A stretch of 63,859 bases of DNA, counting the filler, from Corallochytrium limacisporum Hawaii (Eukaryota > Protista > Pluriformea), in NCBI GenBank assembly GCA_002811645.1. It is 6 parts of 6 records of this genome, joined end to end, with 100 filler letters (N's around TTAATTAATTAA, not from the genome) between each part and the next. Parts side by side here need not be neighbours in the genome. Positions count along the whole stretch, not along the records: positions 1 to 28,191 come from PDIP01000015.1; 5 more parts are not named here. One strand, given 5' to 3'. Within the stretch, counting starts at the first letter, position 1, and every line of letters starts with the position of its first letter. Under the pieces are notes generated by a model, which was not told the DNA's origin, searched no databases, and saw only the letters and a list, made by a program, of their open reading frames with translations. Shown here piece by piece: positions 10,342-23,781 of the stretch. A program made the position numbers and the translations under genes.

Positions 10342-13300
10342 TGAGGGGATCGAAGGATGCCAGCGCATGCAAACAGAAGCAGTTCAATGCACACGGTTCC
10401 CCTCGACATCTCCTCCTACACTGGGAGAAACATCACGACACGAAGCCTTGAAAGCGTTGGTTTCGTGTCCAAATTGAGGAAAGTGATTGAGCACACGCAA
10501 TGAAGGAGCGGTCCAAACACAAATTACCACCACCACCAACCATTGCTACCCAAAAAGAGAGACTCAGTGGCAATGTGAACATCTACGACGATGTGCTCAA
10601 GGGACAGTAATCCATGACTAAAACAAGCTATACAAAACCCCGACGGAATCAACATTTGACTAACCTCGCAGACCGACCGCACACAAAAATCTTGTGTTAA
10701 TCCCATCCTGTATGAAAGTACGGGTTTCTGCTCATGGATGTGGCTATGAGTATAGGTGAAGCAGCGGAGAGATATCAATTTCACTGTCACTGTACATTGG
10801 AGAGTACGTACGCCGACTGATGGACGATGTCTTTGTTTGGATGGGGGGTTCGGATCGCAAGAAAAGTTGGTGTGGTGTGCACGGGGTACGTGTTGTACAC
10901 TCTCCGCTGCGAAATGGCCATCTTTAGCCCAGGGGTGTGGGTAAATGGGATAAGGTTGGGTATTTTGGGGTTTGAGAGAGAGGGAGGGGGACAGTCATAG
11001 AAGCCGGGGGAGAAGAGAGGGAGGAGGGGGAGAAGGAAGGGAGGAGAATGAAGTACCAAACCTCCATCAACGCAGCAACAGTCAATTTACGAGTCGTGGC
11101 AATAGGGGATGGATGTATAGAACTTGACTTTTATGGGTGATGGTGGATGTTGGGATCACGATGAATGATTGCAAGTCCCTATTTGTAACTGTCGTGAGTG
11201 TGGAGTGTTATGGATGCGCCGTCACTCTGCAAGGATGATGGACATGGAAAAGGTGCGAGGGATTGGAGCAACGAGGTCTATCAACATAGCCACTGATCTA
11301 ACATCACTTTAGCGCTACTGTGTAATCTAGTACTACGTATGTATGTGTGTAGGGGCATGCGTGTGCAAATCCATTTGATTTCTCCCGCAGAATGAGGTCA
11401 TTTCAACCCCTGCTTCGCGTCCCCGTGCGAGTGCAGGCATAGTTTCCAAATTGTTGCTGCTTCATTTCAGCACTGAACTTTGATATATTCCCCGCGGGAA
11501 ACTTTGAGGATAGTAAGATGGTGGAACAATGCCTGCGCATGTGGTACGTGTGCCATTTACTTGCTCAAATCCGTTCCAAACTGCTACCGATCGTCGTTTT
11601 CTACTAGTTGTGCCCGAGGTTTTGCTATCCGATCTATGCTTATGTACTGTGCGTACATCAGTCGAAAGATTGATTGAAACGAACGTGAGCAGAATTCCTA
11701 TTTTTGCTGGGGCCGCCCAGTTGTTCTACGCTCGTGGATGCCCTGGCTCCTCCTTTCGTCGATCATAAGCGCAAACAAGATCCATGCTTTCGGGGCACAG
11801 TTTTGCGGAAACAAAGTATATACATGTATTGAGAATGGCAAGATGGGAACCGTGTGTCATTTTGACCACCTGTCGGGCAGCCACACCCCCCTTCCCTTCC
11901 ATTGCACATGTCTTCCTTTTGCTGGCCATTATGCAACAAGAAAGTGCATCGGTAGTCCACAGTGCGAGAAAGACAACTAAACAATGTACTGATGGGAACA
12001 TTCTGTGTTGCCACTGCTTCCACGTTGCGTCCTCATGTAATTTCCATGATTGCAGTTGTGGGGAAGGTGGAATGAATCGAACAGTTCCACAACATAGGCA
12101 CACCTGCCGCTCAATGTTGTTTGTAACCCTGCAATGTATATAAATTTAATGGATGATTCTAAGTCGAGTCTGGTAGTCTGGATAATATGTACCTGAAAAT
12201 GGACATCCGAGTCTCCCCGCGTGAGCTAGTACGCTGTGCAGGGATTTCCACTTCCCCGTCAATACGTTATGAATCGCTTGGGGACCATACATCGCCTTCA
12301 AGCGCGTACTCCGGTCCTATCCGCTCTTCCCTGTTGTCCGGTCGGTCCGTTTACTAGTACGGTGACTTCTGCTGTAAAATTTTAAACTACGGAACTGATA
12401 CATTTGTTCCATCTGGCTGCCCCTTACATACCAGAAGGAAATGATATACCCACGGCTTTATAAAGTGGTGCCTACGCTTTCGTAAGTGTTGAGTACCGAA
12501 ATGGGTCATTTCCTGGTGCTGTAAGCACGGAGGGTAAGTCTTATTCTGTATCGATTTCTGGTTTTGTCTGTCGTCGATTCTTAGTCTGATATGAACCATG
12601 GGAGGACTGAGTATCTGGGTTGGGATGGACTTCTGTTGGGTGTTGTTCTTTGCATTGGCCGACCACCCGAATGTCATGACCCTGATGGACTCTTGTAAGC
12701 TCTTACGATCGAGTTTGCAGGCCTGTTTGATCTAATATGAACCATAGTTCGTGCTGATGCTACGCCCTGGTTATCAAAAAATCATCATCAGTAACTATCC
12801 CCATCACGAACCTCGTCATCGTCATCGAGGTGTGTACTATGTAACAGCATCCACCGACCTTTTTAGCCACGACTGTCTGGTGTACAGGTATGGATGCTGA
12901 TTTGCTCTGCTGTCCATCTCGCTCCATCCGATCATTGTGCCCAATAGAGTCATCACCGTCCACACAAAGCAGCACATCATCATCTAACTGGTCATCGACA
13001 TCATCACAGTCTTCCTTTTACTGCTGTCTTCTGTGAAACTCTAAAATGCATGTGATGCTGCTTAGGCAAAGCCCCTCAGGCCCACGAAGCCTAGAGATAA
13101 CAGTTGAAGCAGCTGGCCCACCAAGATCAAGACAGAACACCTACGTCCGAATGCGCATGGATCTTATGCTCTCGCTATCGGTACTTTGGACGGCCACTGC
13201 CATAGTCAATGTAGTATAATTCACATCAGCGTCGTCTTTGCGAGGAAGCAGAAGATGACCCGGACGGCAAAAGAGGGGCACCGTGGCGAGGAGACGCAGA

Positions 13301-16300
13301 AAGTAAGGAATCAGGGGAACAAAGTAACATGAGGTGCTCGAGAGCATTTTCTGTTGTGGGAATAATTCTCCATACCGAAACAGTAAGAATGAACCAAAAG
13401 AGTAGTTCAGTCTCCCCCCGAGCTTTGGTGCGATGGAGCTCTTACGGAGGGTTTTGTATGCAGCGATAGGTGTGTTGTGTGTGAATGTTCTGCTGTTCTT
13501 CTTTAACCGCACAAATGCCCACGGTGGCAAAAAAGGGCATAAGCGACTGATAGCCAGTATTTATTCAGCACACCAATGAACAAAAAGTCCGCCTCTTTGT
13601 TTCTCCCTGTTCTTCCCCCCCCTCCCCCCGCCCCCCCCGGAGGCCGGCGGAGCCGGTCACCCCTCCACGGGCCGTCTCTTCCCCTCCCATACTCGCCAAC
13701 CTTCTTCTCATTGTCCCTCGCACTCATTTATGTTCCTATCTCTCACCGTTTTTCACAACAGGCCCTCTCTACCCCTAATGTGGCCTATCGGCACAGTACG
13801 GGGTTCAGAACTCGACCTGCGGCTGTTGTGTATTCTATTGACATCACTGCTGCCCAAAACACGTGGCCGGATGAGCAACTGACTTTCATTCAGCTTGGCG
13901 GGTATATTTATGTTCCCAAAGAGCGTTGATGGGGTTCCAAACGCAGAATGTTTGAAAGAGAGCCGTACCTCAGGGCTAGGTTAAATGTTCTGCAAAGCTA
14001 GGGAATGCAAGAACGGGAGCCATAGTATTGTTGCCCCATCGTATGGCGATAGTGAGCTCTCTCTTTGGGTGTCCTTAGGTCGTCTCCCTATGAAGGGAGG
14101 AAAACTAAGGAGGTTTACCAACGGAGCAGATCGAACGACGTCGCTTGGGCACACTTTCAAAGGCTGGATGTGTGGGAGCGACGCGTGGAAAGCCTCCCAT
14201 CCCTGACCTTCGCCCAAGTGCAAATTGAAAATGGACTCCCAGTATACCAAGGTCGAGTTTCTCGACTGACAAGTTTCTGAACCTTGGCCGGAACCCAATC
14301 TGCGAGCGTGCCATATTTCACTGATTTTTCAACGATTCTAATGGAGTCTGTTTTCCTTGAGATATCCCCGGTGGTCAAACAGAATGAACAGGAGGGAGCG
14401 GGGAAGAGTGGCTACGTCACACTGCTTTCTGGGGTACTTTCTGTGGTCGTGACGGGTGCGCCATCCAGAACTTCGCTTGCCTTCACCCTGTACTCATATA
14501 CTCTATCATGAGGACCCATGAGTAGTTGTGTAGCCTTGCTCGCTCAATGCATGAAATCTTCACCACTACGGTAATTGAATACATGCAATCCAGTCAGTTC
14601 CGGCGGCCTATCATGTACTTGGGGGTTGTTTCCGTGCATTGTGACACACCTATCCTTATGATCATGGTAGTGGTTCTATGCTCCAAAATAGAAACACACA
14701 TGCACACATAAGATGGTCACAGCAGCAGATGAGATCCGACAGGTTAGAGTGGACAGATGTTTTGGTAGAGGTGGGCCCGTGATGTCCTTGGTCCAAAAAG
14801 TACATGGGTTTGGCGGGAGAGACGGGAGTGGGTGATAGAAATTGTGAAGTACTTGGTGTATAGTCAATGTATGGTGTACATACAGTCTATTTGCCACTGT
14901 GAACTCATTGCGCAACAGTACCAGGCCTTTTTGCCTTTTGCAGAACACCTTGGCGCTCCCGCTGAATACTGAAAGTACTTCAAAGTTATGAAGAAAATTT
15001 CTCAGCTGTGTTCCGTCTCCAGGTCCGCCGCCGCTCCCTTCGCAGTGCATTCATGTACATTCAGTATAGCCGAGGAGTGCAAATGTTGTGACTGCTCCTT
15101 GCAAATGAAGAGATTTTTTTTTCTCGCCCGCGCACAAACATTCTCGCCTTACTAAAGGTGTTTCCCCGGGGGCCCCGGCCCACTGGGTTTCTTCTTTCGA
15201 AGGCCAACCGTACAATACAAAGGGCGAATGGCACGGTAATGTGTGCTCCCCGAGTTATCGTAACTTCCCGGTGGTTAGTTTGTTACAATGGGTGGTTTGA
15301 TTAGCCCAACAGAGTAATTCACCGGTGGGGATATAGAAACGCCGAAGTTTGGTAGAGTATTCAGCCACATAGTCACTCCAAGAGAGAGATGGAAACAAGA
15401 AGAGCGTGCCAAAGGGACACAGACGACCCACTGCGGGTACCAGTTCAGACTGGCCCTCTGGGGGAAGTTGATTTTTTCTTGCCGTACGTATGGTCTTCGC
15501 AGGTGTAGCAACACGCGCAAGAACTACTCCTGTAAGTTGTATTGGTATCGATTGCCACCTCAGAATGCTCCTTCCGAATATTAGTGGATGGTCTGAATAC
15601 ACTACACGTATTTGATACGTCGGACATACACTTATGGATGAATGTCATCTAGTGTGTCCCTGCGCACATCCGTCGGCATGCAATGCAGCATGCACCTGCT
15701 TACTTTTCACGCTCCTACACACCCATGCATGCACCCTTGCGATCCCTTCCTTACATTTTCTTGTGGACATGCGACTGTCGAGCAAGCGCAAACAATACCA
15801 TCAGTGGGGGATCGGAAAGCAGGTCTGCAACCGAAAGTTCCGTAAAAACGGAGGAACTACCTTACCGGCAACCGAGGCAGCGGAAAACCCCCCCCCCTAC
15901 CAATTTAGTTGCGTATGTCACACATCACATCAGTTGCGCAATCGGCCCGAGACATATGATCCAGACGCGAAGAAAAATATCTTTTCTTCAATTCAACAAG
16001 TGAAAGTGCAAAATAATCCCAATGTGTTTCTGTTTAGCACCTATTGACACTTCAGAGCCGGGGAGTCGGCTGGTGGAGAGGATGCTCGTTCCCCTCCGTA
16101 CCCGGCCGGGTTTCAAGTGGTCGTTCGCTGTTTTCCTTGTCCTTTGCGCGCTTCTTATCTGTTTGCTGGTGACCCAGGGAGCCACATCATATTGGCTTTC
16201 TGGCCTTCAATAGAATGCCACTGCGCAGGACAATTTCCTTGGGTGGTGGTGCTAATACACATTACGAACCGATGGATGCGCTCCTGCAGCCCTGAGCCCC

Positions 16301-16983
16301 CGCGGGGGAAGGGGCAGGGTACATAAACAAGCATCATTGCGCGCACGGAAGACACCCATCGAAGCAAACCCGTCTGCCCACAGATCGGGTGATCCACGGC
16401 AAGCGGAACGTGAATGATATGGTGTAAGAACCAAGGACAGGAGCAAATTGGGAATGCGGATTGCAGCGAACTCGGGACTCCAGCGGGCGGACACAGAATA
16501 CGGTCCCCTGGTGGTGTGACTTACTCTCGCGTGCTCTTCTTTTCTGCGCAGTGGTTTCCCGCAGCTAGGAAGGGGTAGCACTCGCAAACGCAAACGCACA
16601 CACTTTCGTGAACCCCCCGGCCGGAGGCGGGGAGGAGAGCGGGACAGGGGGAGAGAGAGAGTGTGTGTGTGCGGGTGAAAGCAAAAGACGGCAGGGGAAG
16701 AATGAAGGGGCATTGCGAGGTAGGTAGGAGTAGAGTATGTCTCCTGACTGCAGTTGTTGATAAACTTTTCGGAAGAGGTTGCTCGAGAGGGATCTACAAA
16801 GGTCGGGAAGGAAGGGGCATGGTTTCGTGACACAATTCCGCCAGTTGTGTGTGTCTGTGTGTGGTTCAGTACCATTGATGTATTTAAGACCGCTTCCTAG
16901 GTAGAACCTGGTGTGGCGCGTACACTGATGAAGGTACATTTTCTGAGGATCTGTAGATTCTGAGAAACTATAACAAAATAGAC

Positions 16984-18204
16984 ATGTCTGCCAACGGTTC
17001 CCCGATCGATACCTGGTCAATGGCCACCCAGGATGAGAAGTGTGACTTCAAGGCCATTGAGCTGAAGCGCCGACCTCTGGGTGACTACGATGTTCTCATT
17101 GATATGAAATACTGTGGTGTGTGTCACACTGATCTGCATATTGCTGCTAACCATTTCCCCGATGTCCGCCCCGCCAAGTACCCATGTGTTCCTGGCCATG
17201 AGCTTGCCGGTATCTGTGCAGCTGTTGGTCCCAAGGTCACCAAGTTTAAGGTCGGTGATACGGTTGGTGTTGGCTGCATGGTTGACTCTTGTCAGGAGTG
17301 CTCTGCTTGTAAGCGTGGTGAGGAACAGTTCTGCTCCAAGGTTGTGGGTACTTACAACGCCCCGGACAAAAATGGTCGCGCCGCTAGCTATCCTCCAGGC
17401 AAGCCTACCTACGGTGGCTACACTACCGCTCACGTCTGCAACGAGGAGTTTGTTATCAGAATCCCCAAAGACTATCCCTTGGAGTGCGCCGGTCCCGTCA
17501 TGTGCTCAGGTGTAACAATGTACTCTCCCCTGCGCCGCTACGGAGCCAAGGAAGGTGACACTGTCGGTATTGTCGGTCTCGGTGGCCTCGGTCGAATGGG
17601 TATTGCCATCGCGAAAGCTATGGGATGCCGGGTTGTGTGTGTATCCCGCAGTCAGAGCAAGGAAGCCATGGCTAAAGAAGCAGGGGCTGATGAGTTCGTG
17701 GCCAGTGGCGACCCTAAGTCCATGGAGGCCGCCGCCGGTCTGTGCGACCTGATCCTGAACACTGTACCTTCCTACCACAACTACACCCACTACAACTCTT
17801 TGCTAAAGAGCAGTGGCAGGCAGGTTCTTCTTGGTATGCATGCCGGCTTTGTTGGCTCTCTAATTGTGGACAAGGTAACGTTTGGAACCTCTCGCGTTGC
17901 TGCTTCTGCCATTGGTGGAATCCCCGCCACTCAGGAGATCATTGATCTGTGCGCCAAACACAAAATCTACCCCAAGGTCGACATTCGCCCCTGCTGGGAT
18001 CTTAACGAAATTTACACTGCTCTCGACAAAGGCAACGATTCAGCTGTCCGCTACGTCCTAGATATTGAGAACACCCTCAACGAGAAGACCCTTGAGAAGT
18101 GCACTGCTCCTCCTCCCGAGATCGCTGAACCCCACGGTACCATCTCACCATGGAATATCGTGAAAGAATTCTTCTGGCTCTTCTTCACTTTCCAGTGGCT
18201 GTAA
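16984..18204 (+). CDS. Zn-dependent NAD(P) alcohol dehydrogenase, cinnamyl-alcohol dehydrogenase/YahK-like MDR family (406 aa)
   Basis: CGVCHTDLH, PGHELAG, structural Zn site CQECSACKRGEEQFC, PVMCSGVTMYSPL, Rossmann GLGGLG, and RYVLD near the end. Confidence 0.93.
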   Translation: MSANGSPIDTWSMATQDEKCDFKAIELKRRPLGDYDVLIDMKYCGVCHTDLHIAANHFPDVRPAKYPCVPGHELAGICAAVGPKVTKFKVGDTVGVGCMVDSCQECSACKRGEEQFCSKVVGTYNAPDKNGRAASYPPGKPTYGGYTTAHVCNEEFVIRIPKDYPLECAGPVMCSGVTMYSPLRRYGAKEGDTVGIVGLGGLGRMGIAIAKAMGCRVVCVSRSQSKEAMAKEAGADEFVASGDPKSMEAAAGLCDLILNTVPSYHNYTHYNSLLKSSGRQVLLGMHAGFVGSLIVDKVTFGTSRVAASAIGGIPATQEIIDLCAKHKIYPKVDIRPCWDLNEIYTALDKGNDSAVRYVLDIENTLNEKTLEKCTAPPPEIAEPHGTISPWNIVKEFFWLFFTFQWL

Positions 18205-18759
18205 AGCCATAGTTGGGGCCCCATCATCACGCAACAAAGCACGCACCACACACATATTCATGACATCAATTGCATAAATCTCCAAATCCATGTGTACCAT
18301 CATACAGCTTCATTGCCAACCGTGACTTCAAATTGATCTGGACCATGGATCGTGAAGAAGACATTAAGTTGGTAATGGCGAACAAAAGGCCCAGCTTAGA
18401 ACCAGCTCTTTGTTAGTACTCCGATTCTGTCAGCCCGGGAACTAGTGCGATAGTAAATCCGGCCCCCTTTCAGAGTCCATACACTTGCCCGCCACTGTCC
18501 TCCAAATCTCCGAAATCACCGCGCCGCAATGATCCCTGCGTACCCTCCCCTTATTCCACCAGACTTCTTGAGGTTTCTTCCTTTTACAAGGGGAATTCCT
18601 GTGTATTTGTGGGAGTGATCCCATAGCATGGTAGACAAGCTCCTGGCAGTCTTCCCGGCAATCCCAGTTCCAAGTGAAGCCACTCAGAAGTGTTCTCATA
18701 TATGTGATCTTACAACCAGGAGAATGACGTACCACCGCACTCGCAGCATGTGCACAATG

Positions 18760-18761
<2 letters not shown>

Positions 18762-18817
<56 letters not shown>

Positions 18818-18822
18818 ACACA
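18762..18822. repeat. (AC)n microsatellite, about 30 units
   Basis: Read directly from the sequence; one TA interruption. Confidence 0.95.
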
Positions 18823-20914
18823 AAGCCAGACAATGTTGTCTTGGCCTGTACGACTGCGAATGGTGTCGTTCAATATCAGCACGTGAACGTGTGTCTGTAC
18901 TGCAGTCTACCAAGTTTCCAGCACCGCGTATTGGAGGTGGTCTGGATGTTTGTTCAGGAGTGCACGATAATCTGTGCGTTCGAACCAGTGCCCGGCCTAC
19001 TTCTGCGTAGCCATAGCTGCGCATCTGAACCAATGAGCGGATATTTTTCTCATGCCAGTCAGTGCCAAGGAGAGTAACCTCTCTGTTGTAAGTTCTCTGG
19101 CTAGTATTTGCATTGGATGCACTGGCATCTCTGTGACATGCAAGAACACCTACGTTCCTCCTCCATGGCATGCATGTTGTGTGGATGGAAGAAATCTCGG
19201 GCCACGAGTACTATCGAATCCAGGTGATTGAACCCAAGTGGACAGAGTCAGCAACAGGGTTACCACAAGGGACCCCCTCTGCCCTAAACCCCCCATACCC
19301 CCGCCCCAGCCCCCCTCCCCACTTGGAGCCGCTCGCCCTCCTTGACAAGTTGCTAGTAGCGAGCAGCAAGCAGTGGTGAGAGTACTGGTGCCAGGGGGTG
19401 CACGACTTGTGGTGCTGGTGCTGCTGCCTGCAAGCACGGGTTTCATTTCATTGCAAACAAATTAACCAGCGCAGTGGTCCAATACCCTTGGGTGCAGCAA
19501 GTGTCTTGCCCTGATATTCTCCAAAGACTTCTCGCGAGCCACGGTCTAGACCGGCAACACCCCGCACCACGAAGATAACTCCGTCCCCGTGTTCGATGAC
19601 CCGGGATGTTTGGCTTTCGTAATGGTTAGGTCCATATTTTCACAATTGTCCATTGATTTGCGGGGGGGGCGAGAGAATGGGAGGGCCTGCAGCGATTCTA
19701 CCACTAACCCGCCCAGGAACTGGTACTGAAACAATGTGCTTCCACTGTGGGTAAAAACTTCAAGAAAGAGTAAGCAAAATATTGTTGATCGGCGAGCAAG
19801 TGACCCAGACCTAATTTGAAATTCAGCAGTCTGCAGCCAGCAGTTGGTTACTTTGGCGGTATAGCTGGACCTATGATCGATGACCTCTGCCGGTGACTAT
19901 AATGGTTATGGAAACAAGATAAAATTGTCCTGAACGGACTGAGATCATCACGGCAGATAGGAGCCATGGCCCAGGAGGTTTTCGTCTATAGGGAAAAGGT
20001 ATGCGTGGGTTTTAGCCCGTGTGCCACTGCCACGATAAACTCGCCTAAGATTCGATCAGAGAGAAACACGGGATCTGTAGACCCATTTGTGGGCTGTCGG
20101 AGTGGGCATTTTTTTTTTCTTTTAATTTCTTAATTTTGTCTTCTTCGGCCAAGAAAGTATGTCAAAAACAAAAGTAAATAAAACCCAGCAAACACTACAC
20201 ACACTCCCAAAATGGTTCATTTTCGGATCTCGATGGAAATATATGTGCCGCATAAGAAATATTCCTACAGAAAATACGGGAACGAAGAAGTGTTTGCAGC
20301 ATAATGCGCCTTGTCACACATAGTAAGGAAATGTGTACCAGTCTCTATGGCATAGTCCAACACTAGGACACCAAGGCCAGACTTATTTTCCATGTGGTTT
20401 GTTTGGGTTCGACTCCGTCATGCGAGTAACCCAATACCTACTCTGCTGACGGTTGGTCCTGGAAATATTTCATGGAAAAAAAAGGGAAAAAAAAATAATT
20501 CTAAGTGACACGTTGCGGATAACCCGGTTCTCTTCTTCTAACTCTTGTCTCCGTTTGTGTAGAATACTCATTGTCAGGAGGAAGCAAATGGTAGCAGAGC
20601 ATACCCAACAGTCGCGGGTGCAACAACAGGTCCAACCCCCGCCAACCTTGCGTGTGAGGTAGGAAGGGAATCTGCCAGCAAGCACTCAATCTTTTTTCAA
20701 GGAATAAGCACCGGTTGACTTAGGTGCCTGGCGGGCTTTTTCGTGTATCTGCTGCAATATTTGCGTGAGAATCAGACCATGTCTAAGGTAAATCAAATTG
20801 GAAAGTGTTCAAGCCATCAGTGGCAAAACCTCCAAACTCATCTGAACATTTCAAACCCGCTATGAAGACCGAGCTGAGGCCAATTGATAGAAAGATTGAT
20901 TAGAGGAAGCCGGT

Positions 20915-22051
20915 ATGCCACAGTCAAAGACTCCTATGAATGGGCGGAAGAAGCCTGCGAAAGCACGAAGGGTTGCCGTCGTTTGCGGGCCTTGCAAGAA
21001 AGCAAAGCATGCGTGCTCTGACGAGCGTCCTTGTCCCCGTTGCATCCGCCTGTCATGCGAAGACTTGTGCATTGATGTTGAGCAAAAGGGACCAAACAGA
21101 CTGAAGAACCGGCCACGGGTTACGGCACCTAAGCGCCCGCCTAGCCCCACAAGCTTTACAGACGCGAACACCACAGATTTTTTGAAAGAGCTGGATGGCT
21201 TCCTCAACGCTCCCGAAACGGTTTTCAGCGAGGATTCCATCCCAGTCCTCTTTGAAAAGTTTCTTCGGGAGGAAATTGTAACAACAGAAGAGCCCATCGT
21301 TCAAAAGCCATACGACGTCAGCTATGACTACTACCATCGCATGATGCACGGTATGATGCTAAGATGGAAGCAACAACTGCAAATGAATATTAAGGCCGGA
21401 ATGAGGGATATTCCGAAGGAGTCTGCTTATTTTTTGGTGGTAATGCATGTCCAAGGCATGTCTAAGTTGCGTGGAATAGCACCAGAGTTGATCCTTAAAA
21501 GGCGTCAGGAGCTATTGAAGGGATTTGATATTCTTCTGGACGTTATGAGCCCATTCTTAATGGAAAATACCATCCTTGAGGATACCAAGCGCATCCCCAC
21601 CCAGTCCCTTGTCCAGGACAAGAAAATTTACGACAACCTTCCGGTTGGTGTGCTTCGCTGGTCTGCCAGTAATATTTTGTTTAAGATCATCTACGTGAAC
21701 AGGGCCCTTGAGATGGCTCTCCAGGCGGAACCGGGTGAATTTTTACAGGAACCGTTCAACTGGGACATGACCTTCCGGCATGTGATGCCCACATCTTGGG
21801 CAATGGTTCCCGCTTTGTTTGCTGAAGCTATCGTGCAGAAGCAGCAAAGCTTCAAGTTACGAGTACCTCTATTGCGAAAGGACGGTACTCCCTTGGAGTG
21901 CCTGGTCACCATGGCACTGGATTTCAATGAACTCGGCATTCCAGAACTGGGGACTATGTTCATCACGCCGGTTACAGATATGGCTATCAGCTTGGAACAT
22001 TTCTTGCCAGGATTGGGAATGGGTATGGATTCTAAGATGCCGGTCTTATAA
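20915..22051 (+). CDS. Zn(II)2Cys6 binuclear cluster transcription factor with C-terminal PAS/PAC domain (ERT1/RDS2/AcuK/AcuM-like architecture)
   Basis: CGPCKKAKHACSDERPCPRCIRLSCEDLC fits the six-Cys Zn-cluster pattern. The C-terminus has PAS features IIYVNRALE and PAC-like LLRKDGTPLECLV...FNELGIP. Confidence 0.85.
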   Translation: MPQSKTPMNGRKKPAKARRVAVVCGPCKKAKHACSDERPCPRCIRLSCEDLCIDVEQKGPNRLKNRPRVTAPKRPPSPTSFTDANTTDFLKELDGFLNAPETVFSEDSIPVLFEKFLREEIVTTEEPIVQKPYDVSYDYYHRMMHGMMLRWKQQLQMNIKAGMRDIPKESAYFLVVMHVQGMSKLRGIAPELILKRRQELLKGFDILLDVMSPFLMENTILEDTKRIPTQSLVQDKKIYDNLPVGVLRWSASNILFKIIYVNRALEMALQAEPGEFLQEPFNWDMTFRHVMPTSWAMVPALFAEAIVQKQQSFKLRVPLLRKDGTPLECLVTMALDFNELGIPELGTMFITPVTDMAISLEHFLPGLGMGMDSKMPVL

Positions 22052-23781
22052 ATGAAGCTCTATGAACGTTGTTAATACAAAACGCATATCATAAAGGTGA
22101 GAGGACCCCCTGGACGGCCCATGGCGATGGAGGTCTATGAGGATTGATTAGTCACGACGGACGGTAGTTAGCGTGTGGGAAAAAGGACTTTTGTGAGCGC
22201 TGCCGTTCCAACACCTGCTCGATAAACAGTAGCATCAGCACGTCCCTTTCTCAGGACGGTGGCATGTGTTTCATGAATGCTCAAAGCGAGAAGAACATCC
22301 AGTTCTGTATTTGCTACTGGGAATGCGGCCTACGTGTCCCACAATATGAGCAAAACTTACACCCTAACAGCGCATAACGCGGTTTCTAAGCGTCTTGCGC
22401 AGCAGGATCGTGGGCTCCTCATGAAGAAGGTGTGATGGGCCAGTGCGGCGGACCGAGCAAACGAACAATTTGATTCCCAGAGAAAGTGTAAAACTGCTCA
22501 AGCAACACCATTGGTTTTGACTAACATGCTTCTTCTGAGCTGTGAATGCCAACTGGACTTTAATGTATCTCTATAGCCATACTAAGCATGATCATAACAC
22601 ATGTTTGCCTCAGCCTGTATAGACCCTAGTTCACCAATACGACTGATCACTAGATCCCTCATAAACCTCAATGCGCGGGTCCTTTTCTCACAATGCCACT
22701 GATGACCGACTTGTACGGCAGGCGCCACCAAATCCATCCATAAGATTATACCCGGTCGCTCTCTAGGCATTCTCCGGTCAAGCATGGAACGTTAGCTGGC
22801 TAACTAGCCTCTTCTACTCCTCCTGTTCGCACTGCTGGCCCCTTGCGCACATCCCCTGCACCTCGAAAAAGTTTCCTAGTCGGGGTGCCGCCCCGGCAAG
22901 AGGGGGGGGGCACCTCCCCAGCGAAGTAGGCGGGGATCAGAGTCAGCGGCGGTGTTGCGATAATACTTTGCCTTCCTTACATGACCAACAAAAGGGAAAA
23001 CATTCATTTTATTCTTGTTTGTCTTGGATTCCATCTTGAACTGTTTATCCCCATTGAGGAGGGGAAGCAATGCAGTTGGGCTCATTCACTCACCTCCGCA
23101 TGGCCCTTGCCATGCAAACTTGCTCTGGAGTGCGCGCGTTCCCTGAAGCGCATCTTGCGAACAAAGGTACACTGGTTGACCATTTTCGCCGAGTCAGATT
23201 ATGACTGCTACCCCTAATTGCAGTGTGCACCCTTCTCATGGCCAGCCCAGGGACTTCGAGGGCGCCACCAAAAAACCAGGCACTAGTTACAGTGCTGACC
23301 GCGATTTGAGTAGGAATGTTGACTCCGGCAACAGAGCAACCATGGGTATGGGTCCATCTCTGGTGTACTGCTAGCTATATCCACTATATTATTGTTATAA
23401 CAGTCAAAATACTAGTACACTTCGCAGACTCTAGAATCCAAAGTGCAATAAATCGTCTCTTTCTAGTGCACGGGAAGTTTCCGCATGTAGATTTCTAGGT
23501 TGGTTATAGGGCTTTGACACCATGTACGTTCGTTGCCCGTCTCCATGCTGACGACCCGCTCCGCCATTCATTTCCAAATTAGGTACAATTAGAGCGCCGG
23601 TCAAATGTTGCGCTTGCAAAGAAGAGAGAGCCGAACCTGGAAAGCTGAGTCTTAGTGGCGGCCCTCCCCCGGGGGGGGGGGAGCGGAGGGGGCAGCGCCC
23701 AAAGCAAAAGCTAAGGAATGTGGTCTTGACCCAGAAGTACTATACCCTGCTGGCTTCTCCGGGTCGCAAAGGTAGGCGATC

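Noticed and set aside
7600-16980. Many 60-200 aa ORFs in the long spacer (also 31730-38870 and 44600-48060)
   Set aside because: Low-complexity or microsatellite-derived, overlapping in several frames, often with non-ATG starts, and lacking codon bias or motifs.
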